A DNA stretch of 63,999 nucleotides, the filler included, from Catajapyx aquilonaris (lineage: Eukaryota), in assembly GCA_000934665.2 (NCBI GenBank). It is 4 parts of 4 records of this genome, joined end to end, with 100 filler letters (N's around TTAATTAATTAA, not from the genome) between each part and the next. Parts side by side here need not be neighbours in the genome. Positions count along the whole stretch, not along the records: positions 1 to 16,030 come from JYFJ02007313.1; positions 16,131 to 32,234 come from JYFJ02007314.1; 2 more parts are not named here. One strand, given 5' to 3'. Below the pieces are notes generated by a model. The model searched no databases. It worked only from the letters and a program-made list of their open reading frames with translations, and had not been told where the DNA came from. Shown piece by piece: positions 12,101-25,300 of this stretch; the first letter of the stretch is position 1; each line of letters opens with the position of its first letter. Position numbers and translations under genes: made by a program.

Positions 12101-15006
12101 TGGTGCAATTGGGCACTAGTATTCAAAACAGATGATGTGCACAATTATTGCTCCTATTCATAAGAAATATTGACGATTTTAGAAGGAATGATGCCTCTAT
12201 GAATGTACAGGAATAGAGCACTGGACATTTTTCGTGACAAAGTACGCCTTCCTCGGGAAGGTGATTCCTCTGCGGACCTGGAGTGGATGCTGAGGGTGCA
12301 CACACTTAATGAAAGAAGCCAAGCCATTGTAGAAGATGGCAGGGGAAATCAAAGCACATTGATTGATGATGGATATGAACAGGGAAAGGAGTTAGGATTC
12401 CAGGAGTCAGGGAATCTGTCAACATTTGTCAACACATCACAACAAAGTGAAGAAAATATGAGAGATGATGTAGAGCCAGATATGGTTGGAGGTGAGGTTC
12501 TTCAGTTATTTCTGTGCATCATATAAGAAAATTGGCTCTCTTATGTTTAGTAGCTATTTTTAACCTATTGACCTATAAATACCTTGTGATGTGGAATGTC
12601 ATTTTTCCTTATCACTTCTCCTTTCAAGTCAGTTTTATGTATGACTTCAAAGAAGTCGCTCCACAGTGCATGTTTTTCATGATAAAACCTACATTTTTTT
12701 ACTGACAAGATCTTCTACACTGATACTGTATGTTTATAAGCAGTTCTATAGAAGCAGTAGCCTAAGGCAGGTGATGTGCATACTTAACTGAAGCAGTAAC
12801 TTGTCCAGCTGGAACAACAGATTTCTGCATTCAATAAAATACTGCATAACAATGTATGAAGAATTAATATCTTACTTCTTTTTGTACTGTACAGGGAAAA
12901 TGACCAAGATGACTGGCATGCCAGAACACATATTTCCCGTTCGGTCCACAATTGCATGCACAGGGCAAGGTGGTGGAGCACTGCATAAGGATGGGATAGT
13001 AGTGTCTTGGTTGGGATTTTCCACCCTTGGGGAATTTCAGGAAGTGAGGCTGCCCTCTGACTTAGTGAAGAACAAGATGGCCGGTGAAACGCAGATCCAG
13101 CAGATGATGTTCACACGTACCCATATGGTCCTGCTCACTGCTGAGGGAAGTCACATGGTTGTTGTCCCTCCTGATTACAGAAAGAGTAATATCCTTGTTT
13201 CGAACAACTATGCTCACTATGGGCTTGAGAACCTGAAGGCCAATGAGCTGTGCCGTTACTCGCCCTCTGCCTATGTAAGTTCAATACTGAAGATTAGGTA
13301 TCATAATTAATTTAAATAGCATTACCTAATCTGGGAGCTATTTGACGGAATGATAAATTACTAACAAGGCAGCATTTCTCCTCATTGTCAATGATGCACA
13401 ATGGTCAACAATGAATAAAAGGAATGCATCTTTGTGAATAGCTGCATCATTTGTGCAAGGATATCCCAGTGTAGTGGGTCCTTAATGCTCTAGCCTCTAT
13501 GCTACAGGTAGAAAATGAACTGTTTGTGGGATTCAACAGCAAGGGCACCATGTTAATATTCTACTTGGAGGATCATGAAGATATACAGAACTACGATAAG
13601 GCTCCTGAATCATTAAGGTCAAAAGGCAACACGCCCTGGCTGAAGAAGGACAGCAATGCTGATGACTTTGGGTATAATCCTAAGCATGATCAGGCCCGAA
13701 GTGTTTGGAGAAAAAAGGAGCTTGTGCTCCAGTCTATGCAGGACACAGCAAAGAGCCGTAACCCAGAACGGTACTCACAGCAAGACCAAATGGAAATCTA
13801 TGCATCCATACATGTCCCTTGGCAGAAGCAAAACACAGAGATTCAGAGAGTAACTAACGGCAGTGATAACTCTACTTCTTTTTGGCCTGTCAAATTTGCA
13901 GCATTGGATTTTAAAGGAGAAAGCTTCAAGAAGGCTCTAGTTAGCAGTAGGCTGGCTAACAACGAGAGTGAGGTGGGTGTTCATTAAATTATCTCATACA
14001 CTGCATCACAGAGCTTAGCGACAGTGACGAAGATATTAAGATGGTGTTTTTGAACAGGTGATTCTCCATGACGTATGTTTTACGTCTGGGACATCGCTGG
14101 GCATCCTGGTGGAAGTTATCCTGCAAAATGAAAAGAGCCAAGTGGTGATTCTGACGTATGATTTCAGCCATTTCTCCTTCCTAAATACCTCAAGCATAAA
14201 ACCCAACGCTAACTCAGGCCTCTGGCTATTCTACGGGTATGTGCTGACTCGTTCAGAAGGTGTTCGCAGCCCCCTGAACTTCTTCTTTATCAAGAGTGGG
14301 GTTGTGGCATACTACTTGTGGACAAGAAAGCATCTGTATTACCTCACTCTGGAAGGGAATGTCTACCCTGTTACAAGCAATGAAAGGGCCCTTACAAGCA
14401 CCTCCACTGAGTATGTGAAAAACCTGCCTTTCTTTCCTATTTTAGTATTGCAGTAGAGCCTCAAATATAAGTATGGCCTTCAGTATTTTGCACAAATTAG
14501 TAGAGCTGATTTAAAATCTCTCTGCAATCCCATTTCCTAATGAGATTTTTTCACTCCTGTTTCTCGCTTCTGCTGCACCTTCAGTTTTTAAAATTATCAA
14601 GATATCTCTTGGTCATGCAGTTTTGAATACTGTACAATATGAATGCAAAATCGATATCTAGATGTAACAGATGAGTTGCTGGTTTTGTTATGAATGGTTA
14701 TGAATAATCAAAGCACAATTCATGAGATTAATTATTATAAACATTAGATGTGACTAAAATGTACAATTTTGGTGGCATGCAGTGCCTTGCAATGAAATAA
14801 GAAAAGTATCATTTTATAAGCAACTAATTTCTGTGTTCATGTCAGGGAGTTCATTCAAGAGGTAGTCCTTACACGGGCTGGAACCATGGTGGTTCTTTTG
14901 TCTACAAATCGCATGTTCCAAGGGCACATTGGAGACAGGAATATCATCCCTCTTTACACAGGATTGCAACCAGATGAGCTAACTTTTTTACAAATCAACA
15001 GGATTG
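9173..15006 (+). CDS. CATSPERE: Cation channel sperm-associated auxiliary subunit epsilon homolog (signal peptide, beta-propeller ectodomain; 3'-truncated at contig end)
   Basis: Inferred phase-consistent exons: 9173-9270 (signal peptide MACNLLLTCFLCLCVLLSWISPVTYC, GC donor), 9425-9482, 10348-10442, 10519-10687, 10745-10901, 10963-11036, 11129-11334, 11403-11516, 12211-12491, 12895-13274, 13508-13972, 14058-14410, 14846-15006. Collinear motifs vs human CATSPERE from memory: WRY..FTTR/WRY..FSTR, LEY, WRIPNTCF/WSVPETCF, IRCPEEGLH/LRCSSPGVH, ERVILFRHSHLCFRWY/ERYLFVESSHTCFLWY, VWIMDP...ELRGQATAPSYYSQLL/VWAYDP...ELLGNAEEPSINSIVL, VRLPSDL/IRVPPDI, LWTRKHLYY/LWNKHSIYY, IQEVVLTRAGTMVVLLSTNRMF/IHEVFIDYYGDILVKMENNVIF. 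A few splice sites (10519, 10687, 11516/12211) are weaker. Confidence 0.82.
9802..10137 (-). mobile_element. SINE-like retroelement in CATSPERE intron 2
   Basis: 15-bp TSD GATATTCCCTATGTT (~9787 and ~10138); minus-strand B-box GGTTCGATCCC at ~10095-10105; (TAAA)n tail at 9802-9824. Confidence 0.75.
11988..12117. mobile_element. Small MITE (Harbinger-like) in a CATSPERE intron
   Basis: Inverted ends TGCCCGATTGCACCAACCGAAAT..CCGATAGCTCC / GGAGCTATCG..ATTTCGTTGGTGCAATTGGGCA. Confidence 0.65.
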
Positions 15007-15106
15007 GTGAGTTTCGACTGAGGCATGTTTTCTATAATATTGATATTTTTGGAACAATAAGTGATGCCTCATTGACCTCCCACAAGGAAACTGGATATTT
15101 ATAATA

Positions 15107-16030
15107 TACTAGCAGGATACCCGGCGTTGCTCGGGTTATGAAATACTTTTCCATGTAGGTGTAAGTCATTGATTTGGTAGTAACCTTTGAAATAATTACG
15201 GCCATACAATGTTGGCATACCTGTAACATGGAGCATATTGCATGTGCATGAAGTCCAAACACCACAAACGTTACAAAGTGAAAAAACAAACAAATGCAAA
15301 AAGATTGAAAACTACATGACACAGTAGGCCTACCTACGTAGACCACATTATGCCACACCTTATACACCTTATGCCTTTATGCCACACCTTATACACCTTA
15401 TGCCTTTATACCACACCTTAAACTCGTTAAACCACATCCCATAACGACTTTTGAATATACATTGAGAATGTGGAGGTCTAAATTTTACAAAGGGGGAAAA
15501 AACAAATAAAAGCAAAACGATTGAAAAGTACATGACGCAGAACGTAACACAGTTCGGAAGAAGAGAATTCCGACAAAAAGCACATGACACAGCACGTAGA
15601 GGAAAAGGTATGGCAGAAAAAGTACGCCAAGAAAATTCCAACAGGCTGCCTGAGCAAACAATAAACCACAACCGCCATTAGTCTACTATTCTTACGCACA
15701 GCGCATTTGTACCACCAGCTCGAACCCTGCCCCTGCCCCGAGGCCGTAGGTGGACCGTGCCACCGTGTCTAGGATAAAAATGGGATAAGATACCAGGATA
15801 TCAGATATGGAACTTATGAACAAAACGTGATGATTACCTATAATTACACCAACATTCTCGTAACCAAGGTAACAGTGTGTAAGGACTTGAAAATGGAACA
15901 ACGCATGCAACCAATGTGAATACAAAACACTGACCAAAGTACAGCCAGCACGTAGAAATGTAATGACACTGCTGATGCGCTGGAGGAGGTGACAGGGGGG
16001 GGGAGGGGAGGAGAGGAGGGAAGGATATGG
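15107..16030 (+). mobile_element. Probable non-autonomous Helitron-like element
   Basis: Starts TACTAGCAGGATACCCGGCGTTGCTCGGGT (ACTAG plus a short GC hairpin, typical of arthropod Helitron-like repeats); internal tandem TTATGCCACACC/TTATACACC repeats at 15347-15420; other end not seen. Confidence 0.5.
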
Positions 16031-16130
16031 NNNNNNNNNNNNNNNNNNNNNNNNNNNNNNNNNNNNNNNNNNNNTTAATTAATTAANNNNNNNNNNNNNN
16101 NNNNNNNNNNNNNNNNNNNNNNNNNNNNNN
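16031..16130. other. Artificial contig-join spacer
   Basis: 44 N + TTAATTAATTAA (stops in all six frames) + 44 N. Confidence 0.95.
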
Positions 16131-16341
16131 GGGTCAAAAAGTGGCCTAAAATCGGTCACGTGGTATTTGCACGACTCCTAACTAAGGAGCTCCGTACTGG
16201 TTCACTCACCAGTAGATGTTCCTGGGGTGGCAGCCCTTTATGTGAAAGTTGTGATGTCAGGAAATGTGGAAGCCCCACTCTCTTGTAGTGTAAAGAATGT
16301 TCCCAAGATTTTGCCTACAAGATATCTTTTTCACTTTTTAG

Positions 16342-19300
16342 GAAATAGAGCTGGAATACTTCAACAACCATGAGATCATCTTTCAACGCGCCTTCCGATA
16401 TGCTATAACTGTCTTGTCTATTGCTTGCCCCTGTGCCTTGGGTTTGGCCACACCCACTGCTGTAATGGTTGGAACTGGTGTGGGGGCCACCAATGGTATT
16501 CTCATCAAGGGTGCTGAAGCACTTGAGAATGCACATAAAGTAAGTAGATTCTTGGACTATTTGTTACATATATTTCAGATTGAACATGTTATGAAATAGC
16601 TCTCTGCAGGGTGTTCCAAGTATGTCAGTCATTTTAGTTATAGGAAATTTCACTCGAAGTTGATATTTTTGTGTTTTTTTTATATTTATTGTGCCCTGAT
16701 TGAGGTGCCTTATTATATAACCACTGCTATATCCTCCTGAGACTCGAGAAGAATCGGGTCCTAGCCTTAGTCTGGGATTTGGGATTTTTGTTCATAAATA
16801 GCTAGCCCATGCCTGTAAACACATATTCCATCACTCTGTTGCATCAAAATGACATTTCTGGATGAATTACGGAATATTTAAAAGTGCCTTCAAAATTGGC
16901 AGGAAAAACGAGGCTTAGCCTCTGAGCTGAGTGGTGCCAATCAAAAGCAGAACTGATGAATGTTGAAAAGTTAAATGCCATTCAATTGATCACTCGCATA
17001 CCTTACCCAAATCCTGCAGTCTATGCACGCCCCAAAAAAGTGGAGGGGTGGGGTAGGAAACAAAATGTGATAAAAAATCTCTGTTAAGATTATCTGGATT
17101 TTAGAACTGATAATTATTAATCATAACAATGGAGCTAGGATGGCACCAAAGTTAATTTGACAGTTAAGGGGGCACTACAGTCAAAATCAAAGGTTTTATG
17201 AAAAATCGTCCAAAAAAATATCATTAGAGACAAGAAGTTGGGACTTCATTTTCATGAATGTACCTATTAGCACCTATCATCGAATCACATTCATGTGTCG
17301 AAGGGCCTCCAGGTCCGCGTGACATCACGCCACTGTAACCAAGATTTAGGGCGCTGGGGTCAACCTACAACCGTCAGATTTGACCTCAGGCTTCCTTGAG
17401 CATGTAGTTTTCTTTTGACCTTAGAATTATAATTTTTGAAATCGTTTTAGTATTTTTTTGATGATTTCAGAAAGATAACTACAAAATTAAACAGTTTTGA
17501 GAAAACATTTAATTAAAGTAAAAATAGAAGTACAGTGGAGCATCGATTATCCGAACACCAATCAACCGAACCATCGGTTAACCGAACATTTTCAGGTCGG
17601 CAAAAAAACAAAAATAACGCGCTATGTGGTTCCGCGTGTCCGAGATTTAGCCGCCAAAAAAACCAGCCTCTGCTCTGAAGCAAAAGAAATTGGCCTTTTC
17701 CCCCCCTAAGCTGTAGGACCAGTTCATGTAAGGACAGTAAGGTGTATGTTCAGTATTTTTAAGACGTGCCTGTGACCGAAAATATACAGTTTTGTGGTTA
17801 ATATCACTGTTTCTTAGTTTCATATTGCTTCTATGACACCGGTACAATTTTTTCCCGTAAATGATCGGTTATCCGAACAATCAGTTATCCGAACACCCCC
17901 TTGGCAGACTCTGTTTGGATAATCGATGCTCCACTGTAGTTCGAGCAAGCTAATTCTTTTAGGCCGAACAATAGCGCCATGTTTGAGGATAAATCTGGTG
18001 AAGCGGGAAGTCCGTAGCTAAAATTTTGTGGCCTGGGCGATGGTGACAGTGTCCAAATCCGGCAAACTGAGAAAAACGCGTTTAAAGTTAAAAGATTCCT
18101 AAAGTCGTTGCCAAGCGTCGGCTCCCGACGCGCCAATTTTTTTAATTTCAGGACACGGTTTGCCGCGTTCGACACAGGAAGACGCTTGATTTTTTTCAAA
18201 AAAAAAAAAACTATTTTTTGAAGGTCGATCACTGTAGTGCCCCCTTAACAACTGAAATAAATATGATTACACTTTGGACAGTGAATTTCTGTGGTGTCTG
18301 GTAATAATTGCTGTCACTACCTTAATTTGTTACATAGCAGGACATTAATTTTAATGATGAACCTGAGGGGCCACACAAACCCAAAGACAGCATTGAAATT
18401 AATTTTAAAAAATTGTCACAGAAATTAAAAACGTTTTCCATGACCTGCAAAAGTGAAATTATCTGCACATTTTTGAATGAAGGGATATTTTTAATGCCAT
18501 TTCACTTTAATTGAATTGAAATTTTTATCATAGCACATTGGAATGAGTTCTAAATACACAATGTCATCACATTTTAATTTACTTATGAATAACAATGTTA
18601 AATGTAGTTCAGCAAAGTATAGGAATTTCTGAAAACGTACACGAGATATGGACATTTTTAATTCAGTGACAAATTTTTTGTACTTGATTTCAATGCAGTC
18701 TTTGGGTTTGTGTGGCCCCTTTGGTTCGTCATTAAAATTCATGTCATGCTACATAACAAATTAGCATAGTGACAGCAATTATTACTAGACCCCACAGAAA
18801 TTCACCGCCCAAAGTGTAATCATAGAGTACGTTTACATGGGACTAAAAATCGGCCTGACCCAGGCTTCCTAAGCAAGGCCATCGCCTTAGGTAGACCACC
18901 CGATCCAAAAGGCCTGGGCTGCGCCCGACAACGGATCAGATAAGGCCGGTCTATCGTAGGCCCAGCGGCTACATGGGAGTAAACCGGTTCGCCTAGCATA
19001 GGCTATGCCGATTTTTAGTCCCATGTAAACGCACTCATATTTGTTTCAGTTGTTAACTGTCGAATTAACTTTGGTGCCATTGTTAAGATTAATAATTATC
19101 AATTCTAAAGTCCAGATAATCTTAACTGAGATTTTTTATCACATCTTGTTTACTACCCCACCCTTCCATTTTTTTGTTGCACGCGTAGACTACAGGATTA
19201 GGGTAAGGTAGTGCTCTATCCAGCAAACAATGTGTTTTACATTAAGGGGCACTACAGTCATCGACCTTCAAAAATTCGAGTTTTTTTTTATTTTTGAAAA

Positions 19301-22300
19301 AAATCAAGCGTCTTTTCCTGCGTCGAATGCGGCAAACCACGTCCAGAAATTCAAAGAATTGGCGCGTCGGGAGTCGACGTCTGGCAACCTCGCCTGGCAA
19401 CTACCTTTGGAATCTTTTAACTTTAAATGTGTTTTTCTCAGTTTGCCGGATTTGGACACTGCGGGCATTGCCCAGGCCACAAAAATTTAGCTACGGACTT
19501 CCCACTTCACCAGATTTATCCTCAAACATGGCGCTATCGTTCGGCCTAAAAGAATTAGCCTGCTCGAACTACGTCTATTTGTAACTTTCATAAATGTTTT
19601 CTCAAAACTGCTTAATTTTGTAGTTATCTTTCTGAAATCATCAAAAAAATACTAAAACGATTTCAAAAATTATAATTCTAGGTCAAACGAAAACTACATG
19701 CTCAAGGAAGCCTGAGGTATAAATAAAATATGACGGTTGTAGGTTGACCCCAGCGCCCTAAATCGTGCCCGCAGTGGCGTGACGTCACGTGGCCCTGGCG
19801 GCCCTTCGACACACGAACGTGATTCGATTATTATAGGCGCTAATAGGTCTTTGACTTATGTACTTTCATGAAAATGAAGTCCCAACTTCTTGTCTCTAAT
19901 GGGTTTTTTTTGGCGATTTTTCACAAAACCCTTGATTTTGACTGTAGTGCCCCCTTAATTTGTGGAATTTGTGGTATGAATTCCTCTCAGAAGACAATTA
20001 AAGATAAATATGAAATTATTTTCAAGGCCGCCACTCCAGGCTTGCTCCTTCCCTTCTTACCCCCTAGCATGGTACCTCGCTATTCTAGATTTTAAAACTG
20101 AACTGTAGTGCAAAGCACACTTCCTTGTGGGTGTATAGGTACAGGCACTTAAAGAAAGTTACAGCCCATTCAGCTAAAAATGACTTTTTTTCGGATGTCC
20201 ATTTAAATGGACATTTGATCTCAGGAGGAAAAGAAAATTACCAGTTCTCTACAGCAACAAAGATTGTCACAGACACATCTTTTCGTATTACCTAATACAC
20301 ATTCCTTGTGAATCCCAGGACATTCACTGCATTGACGAAAATCGCACTATAAGTATGAGGAAAAAAATATAACTTACCAGATGAGCACCTAGCTTCAGCA
20401 GTGGCATCCGTCATTTTCACGAGTCATTTAATTTTTGCTGCCAATGTCAGATATTCGACACTAGCTGGCTACACCTATTGAGGCCAGATTGTAACCATAG
20501 GATACCAACAGATTACAGTTCTGTTGGCATCACTAGTTGGTGCCAAATTTTTTTTTGCTGATGTTGACATAATCATGATGACATCAGGTCTCAGGAGGAT
20601 ATTCAACCACCTGGGAATTATTGGGCACCTGAATTGGGATTCAAGAAGCTAGTCAAAAATAACTACAGTGGAGCATCGATTATCTGAACAGAGTCTGCCA
20701 AGGGGGTGTTCGGATAACTGATTGTTCGGATAACCGATCATTTGCGGAAAAAATTGTACCGGTGTCATAGAAGCAATATGAAACTAAAGAAACAGTGATA
20801 TTAACCACAAAACTATATTTTCTGTCACAGGCACGTGTTAAAAATACTGTACATAACCGAAGCAGGTTGGCATAGTGGATAAGGCGTCCGACTGCTAATC
20901 GGGAGGTCCTGGGTTCGAATCCTGGGGCCGGCAATTCTGACCGTGGTTTTCTGTGTCCTTGCAGGGAAATTCCGGAGTTGCTTCCGTAATTAATAGGCCA
21001 CAGCCGCTTCCTTCCGTCCCTATCCTATCCCAAAGAGCCCAGTAAAATGAAAAGCAAAGAGTTCCGGGCAAGAGAAACTTCCCCCCTAAAGAGCCGATGG
21101 CTGATAATGGGGAATGAATTATTATTATTTTATTATTATTAAAAATACTGTACATATACCTTACTGTCCTTACATGAAGAAGTCCTACAGTTTGGGGGGG
21201 GGGGGGGGNAATTTCTTTGGCTTGTGAGAGCCGAGGCTCGTTTTTTGGCAGCTAAGTCGGCAGCGCCACAGCACTAGCGTCCACTAGCTTGTTTTTTTGC
21301 TTTTTTTTGCCGACCCAAAAACGTTCGTTAACCGATGGTTCGGTTGATTGGTATTCGGATAATCGATGCTCCACTGTACTTCAAGCTATAGCAATAACTA
21401 AAGACAACTGTGATGCTTGGAACACCTTGTACATGTCAGAAATCTATGGTCTATGGTGGCAAGGAATTAGTGAATCAGTGATGCAGGCCTCTGATTTCTT
21501 CCTCTGGCCTCTGCAGCAAACCACACTGCCATCTGTTTTGACTAACAAGTAAGATTAATTCAGGGCCATAAGTCCTATTGTTAAGGTACATATCCCCCTC
21601 CTGTCTTTGTCCATGTCATGGAGCACACAGGTTTTAATGTCCATATTTTGTATGTGATTGTGCTTAACAATTTAAAATGCTTCGTAGCATAATAATGTAT
21701 TGATCTTTTTTTCTTGGCAGGTTAAGAGTGTTGTATTTGACAAAACTGGCACAATAACATATGGCATACCAACCTTGACTAGGATCTGCTTGTTTGTGGA
21801 CGAGTCTTTGTGCTCCCTGCCAAAGCTCTTGTGTGTAGCAGGCACCGCAGAAGCTTATAGCGAGCACCCTATAGCATCAGCCATAGTTCGCTATGTGAAG
21901 GAAACATTGCAGACTGAAATCAGCGGTGTATGTGAGGATTTCCAAGCTTTTCCTGGTTGCGGGCTGAAGTGCCAGGTATCCAGGATAGAGGAGATGTTGC
22001 AGGCTGGCTCACAAGCCAGCCGGCTCATGAACTACAACAATCAAGTAGCCAGCAGAGCATTTAAGGGTGATACGAGGCCATTTGAATCATTTGTCATCAG
22101 TGGTGTGGACATTGACACTTTCTTGACATCATCTTCTGATGGCTACTTGACACACAATGGTGGGGATAGCACTGATCCCCAGCTGCTGGAAATAGAGCGC
22201 CCGTCATCACCCAAGCAGAGGAAGGATGAGTTGGCCACCCATGTGTACAATGTGAGTGCTACTTGTTTTGTAAGTCCTAGGCTCTCGCTTTTTATTTCAT

Positions 22301-25300
22301 GCCATGCCATGGGGTAACTCTGATTATTACAGGATTGTATGATCCTTGGCTAATGTGTATATATTTTTTCGTACATTATTGAGTTACATCATTTTCCTGC
22401 AATATTAATAATTTTATGGGTGCAAAATAATTTTGATGGGTCATTTTACACATAAATGAAATGGAACTGTTTGTCCATTCACCAAGTTACATGTAGGCAA
22501 TTGCCCCAAACTTTTATTATAGTGTACACAAGAACAGTCCAATGAAATACAAGCCCCCCNNCCCCCCCCCCAGGTAAAGGTCAAGGATGTGGCTATTACT
22601 TATAACTAAAAATATTGAATTAATTTTAAATAAATCACAATGTTGGCAGACTGACTGCAAACTACACCACCCTGTTTGTCCTTCTCTTGGTAGCTCTGGA
22701 GATGCATATTTTCATGATGACAGTACAATTGTAATTACTAGTTGTATGACCAAGGTAGGGTGCTAGTGACAGTCATGATTAAATTTAATGTCAAGTAGTT
22801 TAATTTAATTTAAAATGGGGTGGGACAGTGGCGTAGTAGTTATTTTGGACCATCCTTTCACCATACTGTGTCTCCTAATTGCTGGAATTGCTATCGACCA
22901 GTGGCCTTGAAGATATTCGAGAGGAAAGGAGACTTTTTTTGGTTGGCAAACAGAGATGCGGCTTGTTGGGGGGGCCAAGAAGATCGTGATTCGTAGGTAC
23001 CCTGCCTTCAAGTTCACTGTTCAGTCCAGTTTTTAAATGTCGGGGAAGAGGAAGGGGTTGACAAAGGCTCAACGTATTGCTTGTGTCCGGGCAGATAGTC
23101 CAAAAGAGCAGGCAAAATTTATAGCCCAAAAACTTGGTATGGCAAAACTTAGTATATCAAATGGGTGGCTGGAAAGTTTCCGCAACAGACACAGAATTTC
23201 GCGGAAAAAGTGTGGTGTGTGTGTGTGTGGTAGACTTTTGCACCATATTGAAGGTAAAGTGCTTATTTTTTCTCTACCCATTTTCCTTTCTTTCTCCCTG
23301 GCAAAAAAAAAACAACAACTTAGTAACGTCCTTGATCTGAATATAGCAGAAACCTGGGATAAACTATTGTTTATCCACACCTTAACAGCGCGGTTGGGGT
23401 TGGGCGGGCGGGGGGGCCTCCCGACGGTTGGCAACGTTGCGTCGCAAACAATCGGGTGCCTTGATACTGCTGCCAGCCAAATTCTAATGCCTTCACGGTT
23501 GCTTGACAGAGTGTTGTTCTTTGGGTTAACGGAGTGCAGCAACCATCATGGCTTTCATATTTTCCACCTCCTTCATTTATACTGTGGTCCTAGCACTCGT
23601 CTGATCGGTTCGCGTGGCAGGGGTAACAAGACGCCCTTTGTTGTGCTCTCCCGGCAACCGATTGTTTGCCATCCATAGCCAACATGTTTGGAGCCCACCA
23701 CGCCTTCCCAACCCCGCCGCGTCGCTAGGTGCAGATAAACCTGTCCATTACGTAAAATTTTTAGGGTCCAGTGCAATTCCGTAACACACAGGTTTTACTG
23801 TATAAGGAAATTTTAGGTTTCGGTTCTATAAGAATCACCTGGTATAGCATGAATGCTTATTAATGAAATGGCCCTATTGTTCTCTTCTCAACTGAAAGGT
23901 TCTGATAGGAAACCGTAGTTGGATGGAGCGCCACGGGATTAATGTGCCACCAGAAGCCGACCACCACATGACCGAGATGGAAGAGCTTGGCCAGACAGTG
24001 GTCCTGTGTTCAATAGACTCTCACTTGGTGGCAATGCTTGCTGTGGCTGATAAAGTGAAGCCTGAGGCTCAATTGGCCGTCTACACTCTCAAAAAGCAGG
24101 GTCTTGCGGTTGTCCTTCTCACAGGTGACAATCGTAAGACCGCTGCTGCCATTGCCAGGCAGGTAGGCATTGGTAAAGTGTATGCTGAAGTGCTGCCATC
24201 CCATAAGGTGGCACAGATACGGAAGCTACAGAGTGGAGGGGTACGAGTGGCCATGATTGGGGATGGGGTCAACGACTCCCCTGCACTGGCACAAGCCGAT
24301 GTCGGGATTGCCATCTCTTCTGGAACTGACGTTGCCATCGAGGCTGCGGATGTCGTTCTTGTTAGGGTGAGTTGTTGTTTACATCCTACATTGGCAGAAA
24401 TTTCCTATCTGCAGAGGCTAAGGAAGGACCTGCTGTTACATTTTGGAGGCACTAAAGTGCGATTACCCTCCAAGAGCTGCATTGTGATGTCGATATTTGG
24501 GAAGCAAAAGATCATCTTTTAAGTCAAAAGAAGCACACGCACAATGTCTGGAAGATTACTGGAACCAGCACAGTCTGTTACTAGTGCCAATGGCCTAAAG
24601 GTTTTCATGAGTAACAATTGGCCAAAAATTTTTCAACTCTGTTGCAGTTTATTAATTAAAATGAACCCAAGCATAGTGCTTGTATGGTGCTTGTCTATGC
24701 CTGGCTTAATTTCGATAAAAACTTGACACTAATCTACCACAATGGCCTCATTCAGATGAACCAACATTAATCATAGCTCCTACCTGGCTGAAAGTGACAG
24801 GGTGTCCAGATAGAGCAACTTCCTGGCCTCCCATGTTGGGGTTCGTTAACATATACGTGCTTAGGATGTCTGTATTTGTGAACGTTTGCCACCTCCATGG
24901 CTGGATCACATTGAAATCACATTTTCCCTTGCATCTAGATCCATCATAATTGTAATTTTGTGAGTAATCATGATTCTGCTAGAGAATGACAGGTTTGGCA
25001 AGGTGTCTAGCAACCTGGAAAACCTGGAAATATCAGGGAATTACTTTGCTTGTCTGGAATTCTGCCGGACGGGGAGTCAGTGACAAGTGTGAGCATATCT
25101 TATACTTATGACTGTGATGAAAAGTTTTTGGGAGCGTTTTCTTGTCTAATTGATCTATGAATGTATGTATCGATGCAAAACTTGTACAATTTTTGCATTG
25201 ATTACTATATCTTTTCATGCAGGAGTGTGCTACGGTTGTGGGTGCATCTGGTTCCCAACAGTCAGTCACTATGTCTGGCCCTCCTGGGGTTCCAGAGCTA

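Larger units (their letters stand above)
16995..19212. mobile_element. Foldback-like element (long inverted arms) in an ATP7 intron, interrupted by younger MITEs
   Basis: 16995-17167 plus 18245-18420 is the reverse complement of 18660-18824 plus 19037-19212. Confidence 0.75.

Noticed and set aside
16075..16086. TTAATTAATTAA inside N runs as a biological motif (also at 32279 and 48410)
   Set aside because: Identical synthetic six-frame-stop linker centred in fixed 100-nt gaps.
20856..20935. tRNA-Ser(GCT) gene (also ~49910 and ~60090)
   Set aside because: These are SINE heads with a conserved body, (ATT)n tail and TSDs; no Ser-type long variable arm.
21990..22245. Long insertion in the ATP7 N-domain
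   Set aside because: A variable disordered loop at this position is normal in animal ATP7 proteins.
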